Source of the DNA: an uncultured Gemmataceae bacterium
GTDB taxonomy: Bacteria; Planctomycetota; Planctomycetia; Gemmatales; Gemmataceae
DNA: 64,000 nucleotides
Direction of reading: 5' to 3'
Assembly (NCBI GenBank): GCA_963750165.1
Contig: CAVVPN010000011.1
Coordinates: forward strand, 1,120,001 to 1,184,000
A model generated the notes under the pieces. It saw nothing but the letters and a program-made list of their open reading frames with translations. It was not told where the DNA came from and did not search any database. Positions within the stretch are counted from its first letter, which is position 1, and each line of letters begins with the position of its first letter. Made by a program: the position numbers and the translations under genes. This document shows positions 21,173-31,645 of this stretch, piece by piece.

Positions 21173-21944
21173 ATGGCCACGCCGAAAGCCTTGATCCTGC
21201 GTGCCCCCGGTGCCAACTGCGACCAGGAGGCCCAGTTCGCCTGCGCAGGCCGGCGCCGTCGCTGAGCGCCTGCACGTCAACCGCCTTCGCGAAAACCCGG
21301 CCCTGCTGCGGAGCTATCAAATCCTGGTAATCCCAGGCGGCTTCACCTACGGCGATGACGTGGCCGCGGGTAAAATCCTGGCGAACCAGCTCCGCCATTT
21401 CCTTGGCGACGCCCTGCGCGAGTTCCGCGACCGCGAGAAGCTCATCCTCGGCATCTGCAACGGCTTTCAGGCGCTGCTCAAGGCGGGCCTGCTGATGCCA
21501 CCGGACGAGGACGGTCCCGTGGCGACGCTGGCGCACAACACCTGCGGCAAGTTCGAGGATCGCTGGATTTACCTGGAGGCGACTGCCGAGAATCGGTGTC
21601 CGTTTCTGAAGGGCGTCCACCGGCTGCATGTGCCGATTGCGCACGGCGAGGGCCGCTTCGTGGTCCGCGAGGCGTGGATGCTGCGTGGCCTGGAACAGAC
21701 CGGTCAGGTGGTGCTGCGCTATGTCGATGCGGACGGCAAGCCGGGGCCGTACCCGGTCAATCCGAACGGTTCGGAGGGCGACGTGGCCGGGCTGTGCGAC
21801 GTGACCGGCCGTGTGCTGGGGCTGATGCCGCACCCGGAGCGGCATGTGCTGCCGACGCACCATCCGCGCTGGACGCGGCTGGGGCTGGCGCAGGAGGGCG
21901 AGGGGTTACAGGTGTTTCGCAACGCAGTGGCGTTCTTTGGCTGA
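21173..21944 (+). CDS. purQ: FGAM synthase glutaminase subunit PurQ (apparent frameshift ~21243)
   Basis: LRAPGANCD, PGGFTYGD, GICNGFQ, PIAHGEG, GLMPHPER. Confidence 0.9.
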
Positions 21945-22011
21945 GGCAGCGGGAAAGCCGGACTTCGCTTCAAAACGGCGGTTCGGGGTGGTAGGCTGGT
22001 GAAAAAGGAGG

Positions 22012-22287
22012 ATGATCATGAACCTTGTTCTGCCCCCGGATCTGGCCGGCATGATTCAACGGAAAGTGGATAGCGGCTCGTACCCCAGTCCGACTGACGT
22101 GGTCCGCGCGGCACTGCGGTCGCTTCAGGAACTGGAAGAGCAGCAACAAAAACTGGAGGCGCTGCGCAAAGACGTCGCGATCGGCATTGAGCAGGCCGAC
22201 CGCGGGGAGTTGGCTCCTTTCGATGCCTGGGAGACACTCAAACGCGTTCGTGCCCGGCGGTCCCAGGCGGCCGAGGGAGGTGCTTAA
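22012..22287 (+). CDS. parD: ParD-like (RHH) antitoxin
   Basis: VDSGSYPSPTDVVRAALRSL...LRKDVAIGIEQADRG. Confidence 0.8.
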   Translation: MIMNLVLPPDLAGMIQRKVDSGSYPSPTDVVRAALRSLQELEEQQQKLEALRKDVAIGIEQADRGELAPFDAWETLKRVRARRSQAAEGGA

Positions 22288-22596
22288 ATGCCTCCGGTTG
22301 TCCGAACCCCCCAGGCCGAGGACGACTTCGACGCCATCATTGCCTACCTGGATGAACACAGTCCGGCCGCGGCGGAGCGGTTGGCAACGGCCATCAATCA
22401 GCGGTGTTCCCTGCTTGGCCAGTTTCCAGAGATGGGGCGTGCCCGGGAGGAACTTGCGCCCGGCATTCGCAGCACCGTCGTTGAGGATTACGTCATTTTC
22501 TACCGCAACCGGCCGGATGCCGTGCAAATCCTGCGCATCCTTCACGGGAAACGTGACACCATCTCCATCATGAAGAGTTCCCTTCCGGAAGAATGA
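22288..22596 (+). CDS. parE: ParE/RelE-family toxin
   Basis: AEDDFDAIIAY...FPEMGRAREELAPGIRS...YVIFYR...ILRILHGKRD. Confidence 0.85.
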   Translation: MPPVVRTPQAEDDFDAIIAYLDEHSPAAAERLATAINQRCSLLGQFPEMGRAREELAPGIRSTVVEDYVIFYRNRPDAVQILRILHGKRDTISIMKSSLPEE

Positions 22597-22606
22597 AGGA
22601 AGGACC

Positions 22607-22894
22607 ATGAAACTTCGCAACCCGTGGATCGACCCCCGTATCCTGAATCTTCGACCGGATGCCGTGCGGGCTTATCTGCTTGCCAAGGGCTGGGAGGACC
22701 TCGGCCCCGCTGCCGTGCCTGATCTGGTGATGTTCGACACCCCGCAGCCGCGCGGCGACCGGCCGAATGTGTTGCTGCCGTTGCGACTGGATTCCGGCCC
22801 GCTGGCTCAGCGGTTGGTCGAATTGCTCACCGAAGTGGCTTTGTACGAGGATAGCTACGCAGGGGACGTGCTGAACGACATCCTTTATTCGTAA
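22607..22894 (+). CDS. Hypothetical protein
   Basis: 95-aa ORF with AAGGA RBS directly after parE. Confidence 0.65.
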   Translation: MKLRNPWIDPRILNLRPDAVRAYLLAKGWEDLGPAAVPDLVMFDTPQPRGDRPNVLLPLRLDSGPLAQRLVELLTEVALYEDSYAGDVLNDILYS

Positions 22895-22913
22895 GAATGG
22901 AGGGCGAGGGCTG

Positions 22914-23286
22914 ATGTTCTCAATTGCGTGCTGCCTGTGGTTCCCGCAAGCTGGCGGTCAATTCGATAAAGTGTCAATTACCCCGATTGAATTCGCAGAG
23001 TGGCAAGAGTTGGCCGAGTGGGTGCAGCCAGGGGAGTATCCGATTCTGGCCAGTCTGTTGAGGGGTTCTTTACCGATCGGGGTTGATCGGTCGCAATTGC
23101 TGCAACTACATAAAGAAGCGAAAAGTGTAAATTGGGACACACTCGATGGCCAGGCCCTTGGTGGTTTTGCGTCTCTGTCCCTGTTCATAGACCAAGCCAC
23201 TTGGTGGTTTTGCGTCTCTGTCCCTGTTCATAGACCAAGCAGCGAAGCAAGAAGAGGCAGGAGCCTGGTTTGCTATTGAGGAATAG
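22914..23286 (+). pseudogene. Hypothetical gene frameshifted by a 43-bp tandem duplication
   Basis: 41-bp copies at 23157-23197 and 23200-23240; removing one unit gives ...FIDQAAKQEEAGAWFAIEE-stop (23286). Confidence 0.6.
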
Positions 23287-23310
23287 CCCCCTCGCTTTGA
23301 GACCCCATTC

Positions 23311-24186
23311 ATGCACTTCTCCCCCACCGAAGCCGCCGCCTGCCACCAGCTACTCGCCCTGGCCCTGCGCGAGGATCTCGGCCCCGACCCGCGCACCGGC
23401 GACCTGACCAGCCGCGCCCTCATTCCCGCCGACGCCACCGGCCACGCCGCCCTCGTCGCCCGCGCCCCCGGCGTCCTCGCCGGCCTGCCGGCGGTGGCCC
23501 TGACGCTCGTCGCCGTCGATCCGAAGCTGACGCTCGAACCGCTCCTGCGCGACGGCGCCCCGCTGACACCTGGCGCCCGCATCGCCATCGTCCGCGGCCC
23601 GCTCGGCAGCCTGTTGACGGCCGAGCGCACCGCCCTGAACTTCCTGCAGCACCTCAGCGGCGTCGCCAGTTTGACGCGGCGTTACGTCGAGGCCGTCGCC
23701 GGCACGGAGGCCCGCATCCTCGACACGCGCAAGACGCTGCCGGGCTGGCGGCTGCTCGACAAGTACGCGGTGCGCTGCGGCGGCGGCTACAACCACCGTC
23801 TCGGCCTGTTCGACGGCGTGCTCATCAAGGACAACCATCTCGCCGCCGGCGCCGCGCCGCTGCCCATCGCCGAGGCGGTTCGCCGCGCCCGCGCTGCCAG
23901 CTCGCCGGGCGTGCCGGTCGAGCTGGAAGTCGATACGTTCGACCAACTCGACGAGGCGCTGGCGTGCCGGCCCGACATCGTCCTGCTCGACAACATGACC
24001 AACGAGCAGCTGCGCGAGGCGGTGCAGCGCCGCGATCACGCGGGGTGCGGCGCACTGCTGGAGGCGTCCGGCGGCGTCACACTGGCGACGGTGCGCGGCA
24101 TCGCCGAGACGGGGGTGGATCGCATCAGCGTCGGGGCGCTGACGCACTCGGCGCCGGCGCTCGACATCGGCCTGGACGCCGTTTGA
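23311..24186 (+). CDS. nadC: Quinolinate phosphoribosyltransferase
   Basis: ERTALNFLQHLSG, DTRKTLPG, NHRLGLFD, IKDNH, LLDNM, EASGG. Confidence 0.95.
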   Translation: MHFSPTEAAACHQLLALALREDLGPDPRTGDLTSRALIPADATGHAALVARAPGVLAGLPAVALTLVAVDPKLTLEPLLRDGAPLTPGARIAIVRGPLGSLLTAERTALNFLQHLSGVASLTRRYVEAVAGTEARILDTRKTLPGWRLLDKYAVRCGGGYNHRLGLFDGVLIKDNHLAAGAAPLPIAEAVRRARAASSPGVPVELEVDTFDQLDEALACRPDIVLLDNMTNEQLREAVQRRDHAGCGALLEASGGVTLATVRGIAETGVDRISVGALTHSAPALDIGLDAV

Positions 24187-24402
24187 ATGCATGACATCCC
24201 CCTGGTGTGGAGAAGCCAGCGCCGGGAAACGCCCTTCCCGGGAAAGGTGCAGCGCGTCATTTCCGACGCAAATTCGTTTTTCTCCAGATTTTCCAGGTCG
24301 TATCGTGCGGGAATCGTGCGGACGCATGAAACACTAGAATCCGAGGGAAAGGGTGGCCTTGATGGTCACTGTCCTCTCGGCTTCCTGCACTTCTTTTGCG
24401 GT

Positions 24403-24685
24403 TAGCGCGGTGCGCAGTGGCGTGGCCCACAAACGGCAGGCCGGCGCTGCCAGGCGCCGCATCTCGACGTATGAAAAAGTTGGCGTTCTTGGCGTTCTTG
24501 GCGTCCTTGCTGTGGCAACCGCCGCCGGTGGTGGTCGCGCCGTGCCAGCCGCACGGGGCCAGGGCGCCGCATCTCGACGTATGAAAAAGTTGGCCCCCTT
24601 GGCCTCCTTGGCCCCCTTGCTGTGGCGATGCAGGCCGCTGGTGGTCAAGCTGTGCCTGCCGTCCCACCGCGTGCGAACCGCTCCA
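24403..24685. repeat. MITE-like element with degenerate TAGAGCGGTTCRCA ends and two internal 9-mer-repeat blocks
   Basis: Ends TAGCGCGGTGCGCA / TGCGAACCGCTCCA; internal ATCTCGACGTATGAAAAAGTTGGC(N6)... twice; homologous blocks at ~28560-28700 and ~40972-41186. Confidence 0.6.
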
Positions 24686-24895
24686 GGGGCCGTCCAACTT
24701 CTCCGTGAAGGACTGGTCCTTCTTCGGTCGCTCCCTCCGCGATCTTCTCCCGGGCGGCACCGGCCTGGTAGCTGGTTAAGTCGCAATCATTTTGGCAAGA
24801 ATCTGTTACGCTTAATCGAATGACATTGGCAATTCAAGACAGTCGCTTTACCCCGCACAAGGGCCAGGGAGTGCAAGAAGTGAGAGCGAGGGAAG

Positions 24896-24969
24896 TGGGC
24901 GCTAAGGGACTCGAACCCCTAACCCCCTGCGTGTAAAGCAGGTGCTCTGACCAATTGAGCTAAGCGCCC
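24896..24969 (-). tRNA. tRNA-Val(TAC)
   Basis: GGGCGCTTAGCTCAATTGGTCAGAGCACCTGCTTTACACGCAGGGGGTTAGGGGTTCGAGTCCCTTAGCGCCCA; full cloverleaf, no encoded CCA. Confidence 0.95.
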
Positions 24970-25034
24970 GACGTGGTGGATTATGGCGGCCCGGTAGCGG
25001 CGGCGTCAAGGCGGAACGCTCGCCCGACCCGAAC

Positions 25035-26402
25035 TCAGCCCCCCGCGGTCGGCGGGGGTGGTTTCTTACTGTTGGCGGGCTTCGGCTTCGCCGGCCGATG
25101 GTTCTGGTGCTGCTGCTTCGGCGCCGCCTCGGTGCGCGGCTTGCCCGCCCCCTCGCCCGAACTGCCGCCCTGGCCGGGACCGCGCCGGCGCCGCCGGCGC
25201 CCGCCCCCACCCCCGCGTTCGCCCTCCGGCCTGCCGCGTTCGCCGCCCGGCCGCGCCGCCGGCACCCCGGCCGCGCCGTAGTCAAAGTCGGGCAGCGTCA
25301 CGCGCGGCAGCCGCTGGCCGATCTGCCGCTCGATCCGCGCCAGCAGCCGCTCCTCCGGCGGCGCTACCAGCACGAAGGCGTCGCCCTCGTTCTGCCGCCG
25401 GGCTGTGCGGCCGATGCGGTGGATGTAGTCATCCGGCACGTTCGGCACGTCGAAACTGATGACGTGCGTGATGTGGTCCACGTCCAGGCCGCGCACCGCC
25501 AGGTTGGTCGCCACCAGCACCTGGAATTCGCCGCGGCGAAAGCCGTCCATCGCCCGGTTGCGCTGCGGTTGCGTCAGGTTGGCGTGCAACTCCGTCACCC
25601 GAAAGCCGTCGCCCGCGATCGTTCGCGCCAGCTTCCGCGCCATCACCTTGGTGCGCGTGAACACCAGCACTGACGGCATCTCCGTGTGCCGCAGCAGATG
25701 CCGCAGCAGCATCCCCTTCAGGTGCTCCGGCACCGGATAGGCCGCCTGCGTGATGCCCACCGCCGGGGCGCTGCGCTTGCCGATCGACACCGTCACCGGC
25801 GAGTGCATGAACTCCTCCGCCAGCCGGGCGATTACCGGCGGCATCGTCGCCGAGAATAGCAGCGTCTGCTGTCGCGCCGGCAGCCGCTGGAAGATGCGCT
25901 TCAAGTCCGGTAAAAAGCCCATATCGAGCATGCGGTCGGCCTCGTCGAGCACCACGTACTTGATGTGGTCGAAGCGCGCCTGGTTCTGGCGCATGTGGTC
26001 GAGCAGACGGCCGGGCGTGGCCACGAGGACTTCGACGCCAGCGCGGACGGCCTTCTCCTGCGGCCCCATCGGGGCGCCGCCGACCAGCAGGCCGACGCGC
26101 AGCGGCGTGTGGTACGCCAGCGCCAGGAAGACTTCCTCGATCTGCGAGGCCAGCTCGCGCGTCGGCGTGATGACGATGGCCTGGATGGTGCCGGTTTGCG
26201 GCTCCGGATCGAGCAGGCGGTGCAGGATCGGCAGCAGGAACGCCGCGGTTTTACCGGTGCCGGTCTGGGCTGTGGCGATCAGATCGCGGCCGGTCAGCAC
26301 GACGGGAATGGCCTCCTGCTGCACCGGCGTCGGCGTTTCGTAGCGCATCTCGCGCGTCGCCTGCACCAGCAAGGGGTGCAGGCCCAGACCTTTGAACGGC
26401 AT
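25035..26402 (-). CDS. DEAD-box RNA helicase (RhlE-like)
   Basis: Q-motif PTPVQ, AQTGTGKT, PTRELA, DEAD, SAT, HRIGRTAR. Confidence 0.92.
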   Translation of the reverse strand: MPFKGLGLHPLLVQATREMRYETPTPVQQEAIPVVLTGRDLIATAQTGTGKTAAFLLPILHRLLDPEPQTGTIQAIVITPTRELASQIEEVFLALAYHTPLRVGLLVGGAPMGPQEKAVRAGVEVLVATPGRLLDHMRQNQARFDHIKYVVLDEADRMLDMGFLPDLKRIFQRLPARQQTLLFSATMPPVIARLAEEFMHSPVTVSIGKRSAPAVGITQAAYPVPEHLKGMLLRHLLRHTEMPSVLVFTRTKVMARKLARTIAGDGFRVTELHANLTQPQRNRAMDGFRRGEFQVLVATNLAVRGLDVDHITHVISFDVPNVPDDYIHRIGRTARRQNEGDAFVLVAPPEERLLARIERQIGQRLPRVTLPDFDYGAAGVPAARPGGERGRPEGERGGGGGRRRRRRGPGQGGSSGEGAGKPRTEAAPKQQHQNHRPAKPKPANSKKPPPPTAGG

Positions 26403-26558
26403 AACGTACTCTCTCTTGCGAGCGGTTGGTTTGTGCGAGTCTTTCCCATATGATATGGCGTTCGCCAGGAGAGGGGAACGTCGTTTGCATAACCGCTGAG
26501 GAATCCTCGCCCCACCCCGGTACGATTTACAGACCATGTTGAGGGAGCACGACCCCTG

Positions 26559-28460
26559 ATGGAGCAACCCGCGTCTCCGAATCTCCTCCACCCGTTCCGC
26601 TGGCTGCCGGAGTTCTTCCAACTGAGCCGGCAGCGCCTGCGCTCGCAGGGCCGCGTCCTGGGCGGCGCCATTGTGGTCGGCCTGGTCGCCGGCCTGGGGG
26701 CGGTGCTGTTCGCGGTGGCCGTCCACGTGGTGACGCACTACTGCCTGGGCGAACTGGCGGGCTACCAGCCGGTGCCGCCCGCCGGTGAGGCCAGGCTGCC
26801 GGGGCTGCAAGCAACCGCGACGCCGCTGCAGCCGTGGCTGCTGGTGCTGATCCCGATGGTGGGCGGCCTGGTCAGCGGTTGGATCGTCTTCAAGTTCGCA
26901 CCGGAGGCGGAGGGCCACGGCACCGACGCGGCCATCGCGGCCTACCACTTCCATGACGGCCTGATCCGGCCGCGTGTGCCGCTCATCAAACTGGTGGCCA
27001 GCGCCATCACGCTCGGCACCGGCGGCTCCGGCGGCCGCGAAGGGCCGATCGCTCTGATCGGTGCCGGCTTCGGCTCGCTGCTGAGCCGGCTGATACACCT
27101 GCGGCCCGCCGAGCGGCGCATCCTCGTGGCTGCCGGCATGGGCGCCGGCGTCGCCGCCATCTTCCGCGCTCCGCTCGCGGGCGCCCTGTTCGCCGCCGAG
27201 GTGCTGTACTCCTCGCCGGAGTTCGAGTCCGACGTCATCCTGCCGGCGGCGCTGGCGAGCGTGGTGTCGTACTGCACCTTCGGCGTCTTCTTCGACAACT
27301 GGGAGCCGCTGTTCAAGACGCCGGAACTGAGCCTGGACACGCCCTGGCAGCTGATCCCGTACCTGGGCCTGGCGCTGTTCGTCGCCCTGCTGGCGATGCT
27401 CTACACGCGCACCTTCTATGGCATGACGCACCTCTTCCGCCGCTGGCGCATCCCCGCCATGTACAAGCCGGCGGTCGGCGCCCTGGCGACGGGGCTGGTC
27501 GGCGTCGGCCTGTACTACACGCTGCGGAACGAGACGGCGCTGGCGGTGATGTCGGCGGGCTACGGCGTCCTGCAGGAGGGCATGACGAAGACGGCGACCG
27601 GCCTGACGCTGGCGCTGGTGCTGCTGGTGGTGGCGCTGGGCAAGATCGTGACGACCAGCCTGACCATCGGCAGCGGCGGCTCGGGGGGCGTGTTTGGGCC
27701 GTCGATGGTGATCGGTGGCTGCGCCGGCGGCGCCTTCGGGCTGGTGCTGCAACACTACTTCCCCTTGCTGGTGCCGCACCCGCAGAGTTTTATTTTGCTG
27801 GGGATGGCTGGCTTCTTCGCCGCCGCGGCCAAGACGCCGTTCTCGACGCTGATTATCGTCAGTGAGATGACTGGCGACTACAAGTTGCTGCTGCCGGCGC
27901 TGTGGGTGTGCGCGACGGCGTTCCTGCTGTCGGACGAGCAATCGCTGTACAGCCAGCAGGTGAGCGGCCGGGCGCGGTCGCCGGCACACCAGGGCAGTTA
28001 CATCCGCGAGGTGCTGGCCGGGTTGCTGGTGCAGCAGTTCCTGGGCGCGGCCGAAAAGGTGCCATCCGTGCGGCCGGACGACACGCTGAGCACGGTGCTC
28101 GACCGCCTGGACGACATTCACGCGCCAGTGCTGCCAGTGACGGACGCGACCGGCAAGTTGCTGGGCGTGGTCAACCTGGAGGAGGTGCATGTGGCGGCGC
28201 AGTCGCCGCACCTGCGGCCGTGGCTGGTGGCGGCGGACCTGATGCGCGCCAATGTGGAACCGCTGACGCCGGATGATCGGCTCGACCGGGCGCTGGAGCT
28301 GTTCGCGGAAAATGACCTGCCGGCGCTGCCGGTGGTGGTGGGCGACGGCACGCGCAAGCTGGTGGGGTTGGTGCGGCGCTCGGAGGTGGCGCGGGCGTAC
28401 CTGCAGCGCGTCCACGGCCGGGCGGAGGCGGATGGGGTTGCGGCCGAAGTGAAGGAGTAG
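26559..28460 (+). CDS. ClC chloride channel/antiporter with CBS domains
   Basis: GHGTD, GSGGREGP, GGVFGP motifs; C-terminal CBS pair. Confidence 0.92.
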   Translation: MEQPASPNLLHPFRWLPEFFQLSRQRLRSQGRVLGGAIVVGLVAGLGAVLFAVAVHVVTHYCLGELAGYQPVPPAGEARLPGLQATATPLQPWLLVLIPMVGGLVSGWIVFKFAPEAEGHGTDAAIAAYHFHDGLIRPRVPLIKLVASAITLGTGGSGGREGPIALIGAGFGSLLSRLIHLRPAERRILVAAGMGAGVAAIFRAPLAGALFAAEVLYSSPEFESDVILPAALASVVSYCTFGVFFDNWEPLFKTPELSLDTPWQLIPYLGLALFVALLAMLYTRTFYGMTHLFRRWRIPAMYKPAVGALATGLVGVGLYYTLRNETALAVMSAGYGVLQEGMTKTATGLTLALVLLVVALGKIVTTSLTIGSGGSGGVFGPSMVIGGCAGGAFGLVLQHYFPLLVPHPQSFILLGMAGFFAAAAKTPFSTLIIVSEMTGDYKLLLPALWVCATAFLLSDEQSLYSQQVSGRARSPAHQGSYIREVLAGLLVQQFLGAAEKVPSVRPDDTLSTVLDRLDDIHAPVLPVTDATGKLLGVVNLEEVHVAAQSPHLRPWLVAADLMRANVEPLTPDDRLDRALELFAENDLPALPVVVGDGTRKLVGLVRRSEVARAYLQRVHGRAEADGVAAEVKE

Positions 28461-28914
28461 GATCGGCTCAGGATTTTCTCAGTCGTTCGGCTCACGACCG
28501 GCCCGGTAATTGGGTTGGCGTTTTTGATGAGCCACCGCCGCCACCCAGATGCTTTCCTCTAGCGCGGTTCGCAGGTGGAGCGCGCACGGGTGGGACGGCG
28601 GGCACAGCTTGACCAGCAGGGGCCTGTACTGCCACAGCAAGGGGGCCAAGGAGGCCAAGGGGGCCAACTTTTTCACACGTCGAGATTTGGCGCCCTGGCA
28701 GGGTGCGGCTGGTGAGTCCGCCCGGCCAGGGATAGAGTTCCTCATCCCTGGACAGCTCCAACTTGCGGAAGGCTTCGAGGACAAGTTTCCAGGGTTTTTC
28801 CGCCCCGGCCCTGTCCGTCTTCTCCTGGATCATGGCCACCGACGCGATCATCTCCGCTTGCCGCACACTGTTGAGCGGGGCCAACGTGAGCAGGGCCCCC
28901 TTGAAATCCTTGCG

Positions 28915-29037
28915 GGCTCTTCCGTTTTTAGGTGCGGGTTATCGGCCCGATTCTCAATTTTCCCTGGAAAAATCGTGGGGCACGTGATCGTCCGTTCACA
29001 GAAAATCCAGTGTTTCGCACCTAAAAACGGAAGAGCC
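28915..29037. mobile_element. 123-bp ISL3-type MITE
   Basis: 22-bp perfect TIR GGCTCTTCCGTTTTTAGGTGCG; 8-bp TSD TCCTTGCG (28907-28914, 29038-29045). Confidence 0.88.
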
Positions 29038-29449
29038 TCCTTGCGTTTGGCCTGCTCCACGGCAATCACCCCGATGACGTGCGTCCGCACCATGAGGTTG
29101 TCAATGGCTTCCGCGGTTTTGAGAGCTTCCCTGGTGTCTCCCGAGCGCGCCTGGAGCCGCGCGAATTCGAAGTGGCTGGCGTTGATTATCCCGTTGCCGT
29201 TCAGCTTGACGGCTTCGTCCGTGGTGTTGTCCATGAGGTCTTGAACGATCTCCTGCGTCTTTCGGGCTGCTTTCAGGTCGCCAGCCAGGATTTGATGTCG
29301 AAAGATCCTACCGAGCGTCCCGATCTTGTACACCGCGTTCTTTTTCCCCACGTCCTTGACCAGGTCGAGTGTCAGCTGGATCGTCTTTCGCGCCGCCTCC
29401 TTGTCGCCGGCGCGGACCTGGGCGTTGGCGATCTCCGCCAGATAGTTAA

Positions 29450-29527
29450 GGATGTGGTCAGGAATAGCTTCCCGATTTCAGGCACCCCAGTGCTGCTCAA
29501 ATCGGGAAGTAATTGTTGACCATATCC
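29450..29527. mobile_element. 78-bp MITE with TAA target duplication (IS5-like)
   Basis: ~29-bp imperfect TIR GGAT(G/A)TGGTCA..AAT..CTTCCCGATTT; TAA at 29447-29449 and 29528-29530; introduces an in-frame TGA. Confidence 0.85.
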
Positions 29528-31429
29528 TAACCTTGTCGCCCCGGTCGTTCATGCGCATGTCCCTGGCAACCTGCAACGCCTTTTCTAACGTGGGGTTCTT
29601 CCGAGCTACTTTCGACTTGTCCTGAGCAGCAGTCTCGTTGTCGGTCTGCTGCTTCTGATCTTTCTCCTGTTTCTGGCGCTTCAGCACGGCGACGGTATGT
29701 TTGCTGCCTTTCTTACAGGAGAAATCGGTTGGCCGTTCCTCGTCCGGTGGAGCGGAGCAGAGACGGTAGGTGTCCTCGTCCACAAACTCGTAAATCGCAC
29801 GGATGGTCTTGCCGGCGGTTTTCCCGCCCTTGAGTACCCGGTAGTCGATGGCCTTGTATTTTGTCGCTGTCGTCTCGACGGCCAGGATCACCCCGGAGTG
29901 CGGGTTGCGCATGGCGCCGCGCTGTTGCCAGCCCCCTTGACCATCGTAAACGTACTCTGCATTTCCCATCTCTTTTTTGGGCACCTCCCGCCCATCCACC
30001 TTCAAGGACTGGACCTTCCAGGTGCCGGCGAACCGCCGCAACTCTTTGTCGAGGTCGTTGACTCGTTGCAAGACACGGAGGGTACGCCCACTACCGGGCT
30101 TGGAGGAGAAATCGACAGGCCATTCTTTTTCGGAGGTGTAGGAACAGAGCCGGCAAGAGTCCTGGTCGATGAACTCATAAATGTTCCTGCGCGTTTTCCC
30201 CTTGTCCGCACCGCTGGTGACCTGGAAATGGATCGTTCGGGGTTTGATGGCGAGGTTGATCGCACTGATACCTTCTGCCAGCGTCTTGCCGTTAACCGTT
30301 TGCTGTTTCCACTTACCCTCGGCATCGCAAACGACGATACCCTCAAAGTCTACCCTGGGCAGTTCCTTGCCGTCCACCACACACGAAACGACCCGCCAGG
30401 TTCCTGCAAACTTCTTTTGCTCCTGCTTCAAGGCATCCAGCTTGCCGCCATCCTTCTGGATAGCCTTTGGATCATCCCGTTTTTTCTGGGCCAGCACCTT
30501 TTCGGTTTGACCCGGTTGGGCGGTCGCTGTGTGACGCAGGAACAGTCCGCCCCCAAAAACCGTCAGGCCCAGCACCAGCAGCAGCACGATCGATTTGAGT
30601 TGGTTGAGCAACATGGTTTTTAGCACTCCTTCCGTAAGAGCGACCACCTTGGCCGCGATCATGCCCGCAGCCGCCCCGCCCGCAGCACAGAGACCGGCGA
30701 CCCGGATGGTGCTCGACACCACAGCGTTTGGCACACCCGCGGACACCGCCTGGTGCGACAGCACCGCTCCCAGGGCTCCGCCCGACACCACCAGTCCCCG
30801 GCGCCTCAGCAACTTCGCCAGTAACGTCCTGCCCCGCGCCAGCCGGCTGGCCACGGTTCCTTCGGCGAGCCCGAGTTGCCGGGCCGCCTCCTTGCGGGTC
30901 TTGCCCTCCAGATCACAGAGGAGAATGACCACCCGATACTTGTCGGGCAGCCGCTGCAACTCAGCGTCCAGGAGCGGTTGCAGGTCGTTCCAAAGGTCTT
31001 GCTGGACTGTTTCGGGTTCAGGCATTTCCGCCACTTGCCTCTCCCTCGCTCGCCGTTTGGCGGTCGTCGCCCGCGCCTTCAACGCCGTCTGATGGGCCAC
31101 GCCATGAAGCCAGTTGGCGACCATCTCGCGCGGCACGACCGTATGAGCTTTGCGCACAAGGACGAGAAAGGTGGCCTGAAAGGCATCCTCGGCGGCGTGA
31201 TAATTCTGGAGGAACCGGCTACAGACGCCCCACACCATCGGGCCGTGTCGTCGCACCAGGGCCGCGATGGCCGCTTCCGTACGCTGGGTGACAAAACACT
31301 CCAGCAGTTCGCCGTCGGTCGGTTCCGTTCCCTCCGACAACCGCACGACTCTGCGAAAGTGCCGGATGACTTCGTTCAAATGATTGGTCGTCATTTGCCG
31401 CTCGGTATGGCTCGCATGTCTCGTCCGCA

Positions 31430-31541
31430 AGAGCGGTTCACAGCAGAGTGTAGCGGAAGTCGCCAGACTTCCGTACAGCGCCGGACGGAAGTCTGGTGAC
31501 TTCCGCTACGAAGCCCGCAACATCTGCTTGTGAGCCGCTCT
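31430..31541. repeat. MITE/REP composite palindrome upstream of the ECF gene
   Basis: AGAGCGGTTCACA...GTAGCGGAAGTCGCCAGACTTCCG...CGGAAGTCTGGTGACTTCCGCTAC...TGTGAGCCGCTCT. Confidence 0.75.
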
Positions 31542-31645
31542 AATCTTTTATTACCTTGAGATGCCGTTTTGTTCCGCTTTTTTCTGATCGTTGCGTCCCA
31601 CTCCGTAGAAAATTAGCGGTGCTATCGTAGTGCGGGTCGCCCGCA

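Larger units (their letters stand above)
28730..31394 (-). pseudogene. ECF sigma factor with long C-terminal extension (2 TIGR03067-like domains + TPR-like region), disrupted by two MITEs
   Basis: RRHGPMVWGVC, AAEDAFQATFLVL, LPDKYR...LEGKT; TM; two FAGTW domains; reading frame continues to ~28730 once both MITEs are removed. Confidence 0.8.

Noticed and set aside
23157..24630. CRISPR array (repeats at 23157-23240 and 24452-24625)
   Set aside because: Only two copies each, no regular unique spacers, and no cas genes in the window.
25035..28415. 1126-aa ORF as a giant helicase
   Set aside because: The N-terminal ~670 aa is the antisense shadow of the ClC gene; the helicase starts at 26402.
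29450..29527. 78-bp MITE mobilised by the IS5 at 3042-3926
   Set aside because: Same TAA duplication but different TIR sequence (GGATGTGGTCA vs GTGACTGTCCC), so the partner is probably another element.
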